Positions 15,291 to 23,238 of a DNA stretch of 23,305 nt are shown here, piece by piece (the first letter of the stretch is position 1; every line of letters starts with the position of its first letter). Under the pieces are notes generated by a model. It ran no database searches. It was given only the letters and a program-made list of their open reading frames with translations, and had not been told where the DNA came from. Both the position numbers and the translations under genes were made by a program. The stretch lies in sequence record DRR723986_6929; one strand, 5' to 3'.

Positions 15291-15851
15291 TCACTCCTGC
15301 GCTTCATCATCGCTGGCCGCTTTAGAGCCAAACAAGGCTTCCAGTGTGAGCCCGCTGCCGGGTTGCAGCAGATAGTTGCCGAGGACGAAACGCGCATTCT
15401 CAAGAACCGAATAGACGTAGCGCGGCATATAAAGGCGTTCGCTCGAATTGGGGTCAGTGTAGGGGAGGATTAGCGTGCGCACGGTCTTCGCTGGCGCAAG
15501 GACCGGGGTTTGCGGCGCACCGATAAGCGCGGCGAGCTCACTATAGCTGGCATCCTGGTAAGATTGATAGTCGTTTGACTGTGTCGCACGGCCAAGATCA
15601 TGGCTGTCGTGCTCCAGATGCTTGTCTCCGCCGCCGCTTGCGGCCAAACCCGGCGTAGCGGCGAATGTAGGCGCTTCCTCTGCACGCGCTTGCTCATACG
15701 CCTCCAGTGGGTGCGCGCAGCCGCCGTGATCGCTGTTTTTGCAGCTGAAATCACTGTCATAGGCCGAGAATAACGACGCGCACGCGCATAGCGGCAGCGC
15801 GCTCGCGCATATTAAACACCGTTTGAACCATATTTTAGCTGCCCGCAACAT
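15291..15851 (-). CDS. traV: Conjugal transfer lipoprotein TraV
   Basis: Lipobox LCA-C, FSC...GGC pair and TPVLAPAKTVRTLILPY. AGGAGG RBS before ATG 15851. Confidence 0.9.
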   Translation of the reverse strand: MLRAAKIWFKRCLICASALPLCACASLFSAYDSDFSCKNSDHGGCAHPLEAYEQARAEEAPTFAATPGLAASGGGDKHLEHDSHDLGRATQSNDYQSYQDASYSELAALIGAPQTPVLAPAKTVRTLILPYTDPNSSERLYMPRYVYSVLENARFVLGNYLLQPGSGLTLEALFGSKAASDDEAQE

Positions 15852-17049
15852 GATCAACCTCCTTGATTTCCAGATAAACACCCTCTTGGATAACCAGCAC
15901 AGCGCGCTTGCCTGTGCCCACTTCGATCACTGGCGTGATGGTTTTTGCCAGATCAAGATAAAATTCCTTGAGGCTATTTGCCGAACTGCCAATGCCTTTG
16001 CCGAGACCGGCAACGATGGCTTCCTCTGTATCGAAAATGCGGGTCGACCCCAGCGGCGAAATGGTCTGGGTTCCCGCTGACGCTTCCGCGACACCGCCAA
16101 ACCCTTCAAGCAGCCCTGCGGCGAACGCCTGACCGACGATCGCGCCGTCACGGGTCACAACATTGCCCGACAATCCCTTTTTACCGTCTGTATCGACAAA
16201 ATAACCCTTGATCGGCTGGTCGATAACGGTCCGGTTGCGCTCGTCGACACAGCTCAGCGAGACGGCTCGCACATCAACCCGCTCTTTCGCCAGAATGCCA
16301 ATACCGTTGCCGACGACAAAACAGCCCTTCAGATTGGCCCGCACATCGTTTGGCAGCACAGCCGGCGTCTGCACCCGAGCGAGAATGGGCTCCGGGTTTG
16401 ATTGCGCCTGATTGCCGACCAGCGCGTCGAGACCGGTCAGCACAACAGCTTCCATCAAACCGACAGGCAAATAGACTTGATTGGCCTTTGGGGTTATTTT
16501 TTCAACGGTTGTCACAGGCTTGAGGCCGCCTATTCCCCCTATAACCTCTATAACATTAACCTGCAGGTCCGGATCGCCGGTAGCCGCCCCGCTACCCGAA
16601 GGGGCGATAGCAGGTGGATAGCGGGACGTCTCGGGGCGTGCTAGGTCTTCAAGCTCATTGGCAGGCTTAAGATCTTTCTCTGTTATCAGCCTTTTCTGTT
16701 CAGGTTGTTTGGTTGGTGCACCGTCCGCCGCTGGCGGCTGGTTTGTTTGGTCCAGGCGCTTGATCAAATCACCAACCAACTGCTCCAGATCGCCCATACG
16801 CGCGTTAATGGCATCGGTTTCGCCGCGCACACTCTCGCGCAGCGTGTCCTCCATCAGGTCGGATGTGATCGTCAGCGATTCGGATGTTTTGGCGCTGCGT
16901 CCCTGCGCAGCATCTTGCTTGTCACCGGAGTTGACGGAAAACCAAAAGACGAGGAAGGCAAAAACCATGATTGATCCCATGATCAGCCACTGTTTTTTCT
17001 TTGATGGCAGCGCACCGTATTTCTCTCTGAGGTTGGCTGCCAGCGTCAT
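15835..17049 (-). CDS. traB: Conjugal transfer protein TraB (VirB10 family)
   Basis: N-terminal TM, coiled coil, Pro-rich linker; LTGLDA, LPND...LKGCFVVG, LSCV, DTDGKKGLSG, PVIEVGTG. Confidence 0.95.
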   Translation of the reverse strand: MTLAANLREKYGALPSKKKQWLIMGSIMVFAFLVFWFSVNSGDKQDAAQGRSAKTSESLTITSDLMEDTLRESVRGETDAINARMGDLEQLVGDLIKRLDQTNQPPAADGAPTKQPEQKRLITEKDLKPANELEDLARPETSRYPPAIAPSGSGAATGDPDLQVNVIEVIGGIGGLKPVTTVEKITPKANQVYLPVGLMEAVVLTGLDALVGNQAQSNPEPILARVQTPAVLPNDVRANLKGCFVVGNGIGILAKERVDVRAVSLSCVDERNRTVIDQPIKGYFVDTDGKKGLSGNVVTRDGAIVGQAFAAGLLEGFGGVAEASAGTQTISPLGSTRIFDTEEAIVAGLGKGIGSSANSLKEFYLDLAKTITPVIEVGTGKRAVLVIQEGVYLEIKEVDHVAGS

Positions 17050-17861
17050 GACGGCTCTCCCCGGTAGACAAATACTACCCGGCCTACCTCGCCCGCTTTC
17101 AGATTAAGCCGGTCAAAGGAAACAGCATAAATGGACGCACCGAAGAAGGGCTTGAGGAAATCACGCTCAGCCAGAGCAACGTCGCTTCTTGCTCGCAGCA
17201 AATATTCCCGCGCGATGTAGCCGGTGCCAATAGCCGTGACTTCCTTAACCAGGCGCACATCAATATGTTTCAATACATGCTGATTGTAGGGCTCAGCTGA
17301 TGGTTTTGTTGTGAAGGAGGCGGGAATATCATCTTTCAAGATGCTGAGCGTCATCGTCACGGCCCGCTCTTCTTCTGATAGCGCTTTAAATGCCATGCGA
17401 TTGGCTTTGGCGTCTTTCCCAGAGCTAGGCACCAAATAGACCGTTTGTGCTGCGATGTCGCCGGGGGCGGAAAGCAGCGTGTAGGTGACACCTGCACACT
17501 GGAAATAAAACTCAGAGCGAATGTTGACGTATTTTTGGTCTTCGCCCAGGCGCTCAATCTGAAACTTGATGAAAGCCTCATTGCCGCTACCATCGACGAT
17601 AGCCCCCTTCTCCTCCGAGAAACGGTAGCCATCAATTTGGCCAGCGACACAAACTATGCGGTTGGTATCACGGTTTGACAGGATCACCGCACTGGGACTG
17701 TCCGGAAGAACTGTTTGGTGCGGCGCATTGGTCTGCCGCGCACTGATCTGCGGAGGACTGGCTTGCGGAAGACTTTGCGCCGATCTTATAACGGCGGACC
17801 CAGATGATAGCCCAAGTGCCACCACCAGCTTGAGGGAGTAACTAGCTGCTAACTTGCTCAT
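17046..17861 (-). CDS. traK: Type-F conjugative secretin-like protein TraK
   Basis: Signal peptide, LSNRDTNRIVC, TYTL..P, C-terminal L.AGE..RVVFV. GGGAGG RBS before ATG 17861. traE-traK-traB synteny. Confidence 0.88.
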   Translation of the reverse strand: MSKLAASYSLKLVVALGLSSGSAVIRSAQSLPQASPPQISARQTNAPHQTVLPDSPSAVILSNRDTNRIVCVAGQIDGYRFSEEKGAIVDGSGNEAFIKFQIERLGEDQKYVNIRSEFYFQCAGVTYTLLSAPGDIAAQTVYLVPSSGKDAKANRMAFKALSEEERAVTMTLSILKDDIPASFTTKPSAEPYNQHVLKHIDVRLVKEVTAIGTGYIAREYLLRARSDVALAERDFLKPFFGASIYAVSFDRLNLKAGEVGRVVFVYRGEPS

Positions 17862-18501
17862 TGGAGACCTCCCCTTTGCGCTGGAATTTAATGTCCGTGA
17901 GCCAGAAACGACCTTCTTCAACCAGATAATCGAGACGGTAGAAGCCGCTGTCTGTCGTCCTGCTTTTGCCGACAAACCGTTCCCGGCGAACCGGGATCTG
18001 GATCACGCCGTCACCGAACCCAAACTCTTCATCGTAGCGGATATAAGTGGCGAAGGAAATTTCACGGAAGTCCTTCAGGCGGCTAACCTCGCGGCGAAAT
18101 ACCTGCCGTTTTTCTGCGTGTATCTTGGGGTGGACAAGTTTCAATACTTCATCCAGTTGGAACTCAATACCGCTTGACGTGTAGGTGCCAACCAGCTGGA
18201 TAACATTGCGCGAGATCGCAACCAAATAGGCCTCAGACGGTTTGTCACCGACAAGATAGAGATGCTCAACACCCTGCCCGAACGGCACAACGATTGTCTT
18301 TTGCTGATCCATGACAGCCAACACCAAATAACCGAGGACAATCGAGGCGGCGAGCACACAGACCGACAGGAAGCGAAGAACGCGGTTTTCTGCCCAGATG
18401 TTGGATGTTACGTCGGTAAACCGTTTGACGAAAGGCGGATACGGCACCTCATTGGGTAGCCCAACTGGATCGAACGCTTTATACGGCGTTTGCTCATTCA
18501 T
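17842..18501 (-). CDS. traE: Conjugal transfer protein TraE
   Basis: AENRVLRF + TM + KTIVVP, SEAYL, C-terminal Y.VEEGRFWL. GGAG RBS before ATG 18501. Confidence 0.88.
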   Translation of the reverse strand: MNEQTPYKAFDPVGLPNEVPYPPFVKRFTDVTSNIWAENRVLRFLSVCVLAASIVLGYLVLAVMDQQKTIVVPFGQGVEHLYLVGDKPSEAYLVAISRNVIQLVGTYTSSGIEFQLDEVLKLVHPKIHAEKRQVFRREVSRLKDFREISFATYIRYDEEFGFGDGVIQIPVRRERFVGKSRTTDSGFYRLDYLVEEGRFWLTDIKFQRKGEVSNEQVSS

Positions 18502-18757
18502 GGAATTTCTCCGCAACGGCAACCGGGTATCTGCTTAGCTTGCCGAAGCCGGCGCGGTAAAAAAGATGCCCGATATAGCCGCGTGGTCTGGAGCGCTTAA
18601 ACGGAATAAAAAGTGCTGCCGCGCCGAGAAAATAGAAAAATGAATAGCCCTTGAAAAAAAGAGAGAGGACGTAGGCCAGGAAAACCACAGCAAATTCTTG
18701 ATCCTCAAGGCCAATGAATTTGGTTGGTTTGTGAAGAAATTGCGGCATCCGTTCCAT
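18494..18757 (-). CDS. traL: Conjugal transfer protein TraL
   Basis: 87 aa: MPQFLHKP...EDQEF, two TM segments, K..RPRGYIGHLFY.AG, YP...F.E terminus. GGAGAGGA RBS. Confidence 0.9.
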   Translation of the reverse strand: MERMPQFLHKPTKFIGLEDQEFAVVFLAYVLSLFFKGYSFFYFLGAAALFIPFKRSRPRGYIGHLFYRAGFGKLSRYPVAVAEKFHE

Positions 18758-18783
18758 ATGTCCTCTCCAAGGTGCAGGGGGTG

Positions 18784-19146
18784 TTAGATTAAAAAACCAA
18801 CAGTGGTGACGATATCTTCGCCCGCAACCATTGCCGTTGTGCCAGCAAAACCGCCGCCCATGGCCCACCAGTTACGGTTGGCAATGCCGAAGATGCCGAA
18901 GACGACGCTTGCGACCGCGATCATTGCACCAATGGGGCCTTCAATGCCGTCGTTAACGATGATGTCATATATCTCGAACGCGAGATCACCGGATGTGGGC
19001 GCAGTGAAAGCGAGCACCGGCGCCGATGCCACTACCAACAGCGCTATCAGCGCAGTACGGTCCAGGGTTTTGAGAACGGTGCCACCTACGCGGATATTAT
19101 CCGGCTCCGACACCTCGGGGTGAAACAGATTGCTCCATAAATTCAT
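18784..19146 (-). CDS. traA: Conjugative pilin precursor TraA (TrhA-like)
   Basis: Long leader ending VLA, then a ~74-aa mature part with GPIG and two hydrophobic helices. Directly upstream of traL. Confidence 0.8.
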   Translation of the reverse strand: MNLWSNLFHPEVSEPDNIRVGGTVLKTLDRTALIALLVVASAPVLAFTAPTSGDLAFEIYDIIVNDGIEGPIGAMIAVASVVFGIFGIANRNWWAMGGGFAGTTAMVAGEDIVTTVGFLI

Positions 19147-19964
19147 TGGTCGTCTCCTGTTGGGGTTTCTTGAGAGCTTGCAGCAAGGAGATATTCACGG
19201 ATTTTCACCTCGTCGAAGCCTCGGATGCGTTCGCCGTCCGCGAACAGGGTTGGGGTGGAAGAAACGCCCGCCGCTTGCGTAATCTGGATATGCTGTTGCA
19301 CACGGGCATTGCCGTCGTCGCAGTGTAGCAGTTGCCCTGGGGTCTTGCGGCTATACACATCCGCAAAGGCACGTTCAGGATCGTCGGAGCACAAAATATG
19401 CTCGGCCAGATCCTGTGATTGGCGCGAATGGCCGACGGCAAAAATGATCTGGCGACGCACAGCAAGTGCGCGCCCTTCATTGTCGAACCAGCCATGCAGA
19501 CGCTGGCACCAGCCACAGAGAGGATTGGAATATTCGGTGAGCAGCGGCGCGTCTTCCGGGCCGAACTCGAGCGCGACGCTCAAATCCAAATCCTGGAGCC
19601 GTTCAGCGGCCGCCGCAGCGACGGCGACTTGTGACAGGTTCTCGCCGCGATCATTATACATTTCGCCGAAGATCAATACGCTGGCGTCCGGCGAATAATA
19701 GACGATATTGCCGCCAGTATCGATTTCATAGAGGCCGCCAACAGCGGACGGTTTGATCGAATAGAACTGAAAATTTGAGAAGCTCGACTTGAGCAGCTGT
19801 TCGGCCTGGGCTTGTATATGGTCCATGCCAGGATTGATCTTCTGCTCGGTCTTCTGGGCGGTGCTTTGGACCGTGTTTTCGTCTTCAGCCCACAACGGGA
19901 GGCCGCAAGCGCTCAGTATCAACGCGGCAGCAGCGCCCGATTTTACTATTCGGTGGATAATCAT
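19143..19964 (-). CDS. dsbC: DsbC-family thiol:disulfide isomerase
   Basis: Signal peptide, DsbC N-terminal dimerisation region (PSAVGGLYEI...IVY...LIFGEMY), NPLCGWC active site, GVSSTPTL cis-Pro loop. Confidence 0.9.
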   Translation of the reverse strand: MIIHRIVKSGAAAALILSACGLPLWAEDENTVQSTAQKTEQKINPGMDHIQAQAEQLLKSSFSNFQFYSIKPSAVGGLYEIDTGGNIVYYSPDASVLIFGEMYNDRGENLSQVAVAAAAAERLQDLDLSVALEFGPEDAPLLTEYSNPLCGWCQRLHGWFDNEGRALAVRRQIIFAVGHSRQSQDLAEHILCSDDPERAFADVYSRKTPGQLLHCDDGNARVQQHIQITQAAGVSSTPTLFADGERIRGFDEVKIREYLLAASSQETPTGDDQ

Positions 19965-20148
19965 AGGTCAGTCTCCAATGGCGATCGCACGCAACGATCA
20001 AACGCCGCACGGCGGCAATGAACACCGTTTGGGAGAAAAATTTTTAAGCCGGTGGCTTTTGAAGCGAGGACAAAATCACATGACCGCTTCCCCCGTCAGG
20101 TCGCACCATTAGGGTTCCGCTGAATTTCAAAATTTCAAAGGAAAAACG

Positions 20149-20178
20149 ATTAAGAGGCTGGCATGCCACCCTCTTAAT
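20149..20178. promoter_or_regulatory. 30-bp near-perfect palindrome upstream of the tra operon
   Basis: ATTAAGAGG-C-TGGCATGCCA-C-CCTCTTAAT, one C/C mismatch, flanked by A- and T-tracts. Function (operator, terminator or oriT) is unresolved. Confidence 0.6.
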
Positions 20179-20394
20179 TTTTTTCGTGGCCAATCCTACA
20201 CTATTGAATTCACGCTATTTTTTACAGCTGCTTCGCATTGAATTCACGGCAAAATTATTTTGTTTTATGCATTAATTATGCATATTTTTTTCAACCACTT
20301 AAAACTGATCGCATGAATCAAAGAGTCTCGCCCTATGTTGAGCGCCGCAAACAAAATTCAATAAATGTGCCATTCATTTTAGCGAAAAATATGG

Positions 20395-20422
20395 TTGAAT
20401 TTAATACAACTCTGGGTATAAT
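20395..20422 (+). promoter_or_regulatory. Putative sigma70 promoter for the Xre regulator
   Basis: TTGAAT (20395-20400), 16-bp spacer, TATAAT (20417-20422), ~140 bp upstream of ATG 20564. Confidence 0.5.
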
Positions 20423-20563
20423 AAATGGACCTTATGGGGACTCGGGTAAAAATAGACAAAGGATGCTTGTCGGTTTTTCACCTGACCAATAGGAACTAAT
20501 TCTGCCAGTGTCGAAGCGGGGCAATGCTATAGGTCTTTCGCACGACTAAGGTGGGGACGGGAC

Positions 20564-20821
20564 ATGGAACCTTCTTTTTGCATCGCTATCAAAACCATGC
20601 GGGAGCGTAAAGGCTTGCTCCAGAAATATGTAGGCTGGACATCAGGCCTTGGGCCCGTGCGCTACAACCAAATCGAAAACGGCAAGCCGCCAACAGATGA
20701 AGAACTTGCCGAAATTGCCCGTGCGATGGACACTGATCCTCCGTCAATGGCTATATTTTGGGGCGAATTGATGCGCGAAAACGCAGGAAGCAATTCCAAG
20801 TCTAATCGGTTGGTATCTTGA
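20564..20821 (+). CDS. Xre/Cro-CI family HTH transcriptional regulator
   Basis: IKTMRERKGLLQ...SGLGPVRYNQIENGKPPTDEELAEIARAM fits the HTH_3 pattern. Divergent from the tra operon. Confidence 0.85.
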   Translation: MEPSFCIAIKTMRERKGLLQKYVGWTSGLGPVRYNQIENGKPPTDEELAEIARAMDTDPPSMAIFWGELMRENAGSNSKSNRLVS

Positions 20822-21167
20822 AATCGATTGACCAATCTGATCGTTCATAAACAACGATAATCTGATCATCGCTGTCGGTCATGCGCACACCGCGAAGCGC
20901 CAAGGCGCTTTCTACTTTCTTCAAATACATTTCACAGGTTGCTATATCCAGATCACAATAGGTATCGAGAATTTTTGAAAGATGGCCTTGCGACACATCA
21001 ATTTCTCTCGCAATGTCCGACATGCGCAGATCGAGCGATTTGATTGCCCCCTTGAGTACCCGTCCTTTTTGGGCACACTGAAGCCTCAAATAAGGGTTAT
21101 CCGCCATTTTTTGCCGGCGCGGTACGCCCGCAGTGCCGGTTTCAGTATGGTGCTTGGAATTGCCCAT
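20802..21167 (-). CDS. HTH domain DNA-binding protein
   Basis: LKGAIKSLDLRMSDIAREIDVSQGHLSKIL is an Xre-like HTH. G-rich RBS before ATG 21167; alternative start at MADNP. Confidence 0.75.
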   Translation of the reverse strand: MGNSKHHTETGTAGVPRRQKMADNPYLRLQCAQKGRVLKGAIKSLDLRMSDIAREIDVSQGHLSKILDTYCDLDIATCEMYLKKVESALALRGVRMTDSDDQIIVVYERSDWSIDFKIPTD

Positions 21168-21483
21168 AGACCCCCCACCTAATAGCCACTGACGCTATTC
21201 CTATTGTCCGCAACAATGTGCCCATGGTTTTTGCCGCGATGACCAGACCCAATCCCCACCTGATAAAATACACCAGCTGGTTTGGAGGATCAAATCCAAT
21301 TTGAAGATGGGCGAGACCAATCCGTTGTAAGCCGTTTTAGAGATTATCTTTTTTCGGTTTCAATCGGCTTTTCAGAACAGAGGCAAATTGAAACTCAACC
21401 AGCCCTATTGTCAATTTACATTTTTTATGGCTTAATAATAAGGCTCGAAAAGAATAGTTGGACCTTCCGCAGAAGGACAACAG

Positions 21484-21906
21484 TTGAGCGCTCACAACAT
21501 TAAACGACCTCCTAACTGGACCCGCCCGGCACGTCTTTCAGGCGAGGACCAGACCTGCGAAGACTTGGATCGTGCTCTTAGGATTGCAGCCGAAATCACT
21601 TGTGATTACGGCGACAGATTTCTCGGGTTTTTCCAGATGATTGAGCGACGGCATGCAGCCCACATTGCAAAATCTATTGAACAACAAAAAGCGCGCAATC
21701 TGGCAGCCAATATCGCTAGTCGTCGCCGGGCAAATCCTGCGAAAGCATTAGCTTCCGCATCCAGCGCTGTTTCACCTTCAACGAAGGTCCAGCGCCGTAC
21801 TTTGGTCGCCCAAGCGCATGGCCAAACAACTCAACCTGCATTCGTTCAGGCGTCTCGACTTCATTCAGCCGGTCCTGAAATCCGTGACGAAGGCTATAAA
21901 GAGTAG
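21484..21906 (+). CDS. Hypothetical protein convergent with, and overlapping, the integrase
   Basis: TTG start with AGGA RBS. The first ~77 aa lie outside the integrase and look helical (EDLDRALRIAAEI...GDRFLGFFQMIERR). The last 191 bp overlap int antisense. Confidence 0.55.
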   Translation: MSAHNIKRPPNWTRPARLSGEDQTCEDLDRALRIAAEITCDYGDRFLGFFQMIERRHAAHIAKSIEQQKARNLAANIASRRRANPAKALASASSAVSPSTKVQRRTLVAQAHGQTTQPAFVQASRLHSAGPEIRDEGYKE

Positions 21907-23044
21907 CACCAGGAACAAGTATTTTATTTTCCCTGAAAAACTTGCCAATGGCGTTCACACAGCTGACGTGCCTTTCCACGTATCGTGGAAACCCGTCCGG
22001 AAATTTCTGAAAAGCCTTCAAAGCCGATCCAACCAGCGGAATATCGCGTCTGCTAACTTTGGTTTTCAACATGCCGAATTTGTTTTCCCGTATCTTGAAA
22101 TGTGGCACGTCCGCGTCCAGCACAATATCATTTGGCGCACGGGTGATGACCTCAACGGGCCGAGCACCGGTTTCAGCACATATATAAACGATATGGCGCG
22201 CCTCCTCATTGAGACCTGCAAGAGGGTTATTGTTATAAAGGCAGTGCAAAATCTCTTTCTTGGTCATTGATACCCGTTCTTCGCTATAGCCTTTCTGTAG
22301 TCTCAATCCGCCTGAAAACGGGCTTTTAAGATTAATACCCTGAACATCGAATACCTTTTGGATAATGCCGCTTAATAGCTCCATGTCCTTGTTGGCGGTA
22401 TCGGCTTTCACTTCATCCGCTTCGACCAGGTCCAACCACCAGTTACGATATTCAATCGCATCCGGCCGGGTTATTTGATAAATATCCTTATCGCCGATCA
22501 CCTTGATAAACTTGCGTACGCATCGCTTGCGCGCATGGGTCCAGATTCTTGTCTGGGAATCATTTTTCCCCCTGATTTTGTCTCGTGTGTTTTCCCAATA
22601 AATTTCGAGCGCTTCCGACAAGGGCAATTCAGGTTTCTCAACAGTGCCGAGCAAGGCTTCGGCTGCTTCGGCCTTTTGTATCGGGTCGTTGATTTCATCA
22701 ACAACATCCAATCGCTCCACCAGTTCGCTTATAGGAGCGACATCCAACTCGGGTAGAGTTTTATAGTCGAATCCAAACTGCCGGGCATTGGCGATGGCGG
22801 CTTCAAACCGGTTCCGCGCCACCGGATCGCGCCCAGTTCTGCGGAATTTTGCCCATGTTTCTTCTACTGCGTCGTTGATGTTATCGCGGCGATGGAGTGC
22901 TTGCAGTAAATTACTGGTGTCCAGCGACTGTTGAATGAAAGGACGGCCGCCATATAAAGACAATAGATCCTTGGGAACCCGCCGATAATAATAGGCATGT
23001 CCTTTAATCCATTTCAGATATTTGTCTTTGCAGTTAACACCCAT
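21716..23044 (-). CDS. int: Tyrosine recombinase/integrase with DUF6538-like N-terminal domain
   Basis: N-terminal YYYRRVPKDL...SLDT. Catalytic set TGARP.E, LKT, YSLRH (Tyr at the usual His of HxxR), FGH, PKYG. GGAGG RBS. Adjacent to a tRNA. Confidence 0.93.
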   Translation of the reverse strand: MGVNCKDKYLKWIKGHAYYYRRVPKDLLSLYGGRPFIQQSLDTSNLLQALHRRDNINDAVEETWAKFRRTGRDPVARNRFEAAIANARQFGFDYKTLPELDVAPISELVERLDVVDEINDPIQKAEAAEALLGTVEKPELPLSEALEIYWENTRDKIRGKNDSQTRIWTHARKRCVRKFIKVIGDKDIYQITRPDAIEYRNWWLDLVEADEVKADTANKDMELLSGIIQKVFDVQGINLKSPFSGGLRLQKGYSEERVSMTKKEILHCLYNNNPLAGLNEEARHIVYICAETGARPVEVITRAPNDIVLDADVPHFKIRENKFGMLKTKVSRRDIPLVGSALKAFQKFPDGFPRYVERHVSCVNAIGKFFRENKILVPGATLYSLRHGFQDRLNEVETPERMQVELFGHALGRPKYGAGPSLKVKQRWMRKLMLSQDLPGDD

Positions 23045-23081
23045 TTTTTAATCCCTCCATTTGGCGACAATTGGAAGCGAT

Positions 23082-23126
23082 GTAATAAAAAAAGTAATAA
23101 AATTTGTAATAAAAATTGTAATAAAA
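23082..23126 (+). repeat. Four direct repeats GTAATAAAA at exact 12-bp period (putative integrase arm-type sites)
   Basis: Copies start at 23082, 23094, 23106 and 23118, between the int start codon and the tRNA 3' end. Confidence 0.8.
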
Positions 23127-23138
23127 ATCAAGGGTTTA
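23126..23138 (+). promoter_or_regulatory. IHF-consensus site in att region
   Basis: AATCAAGGGTTTA matches WATCAANNNNTTR exactly. A second, inverted one-mismatch site lies at 23189-23201. Confidence 0.55.
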
Positions 23139-23238
23139 CAGTGATTCGAGCCTGCGTATTGAGCGTCTATATTGCAGGTATCTCATTGTATTTACTTGAT
23201 TTTTTGGCTGAAATTGCCGTCGTCAGTTCCGAGGGAAC

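Noticed and set aside
20238-20492. 84-aa + strand ORF in the AT-rich intergenic region (also 21282..21503)
   Set aside because: No convincing RBS or motifs. These regions look like promoter/operator DNA.
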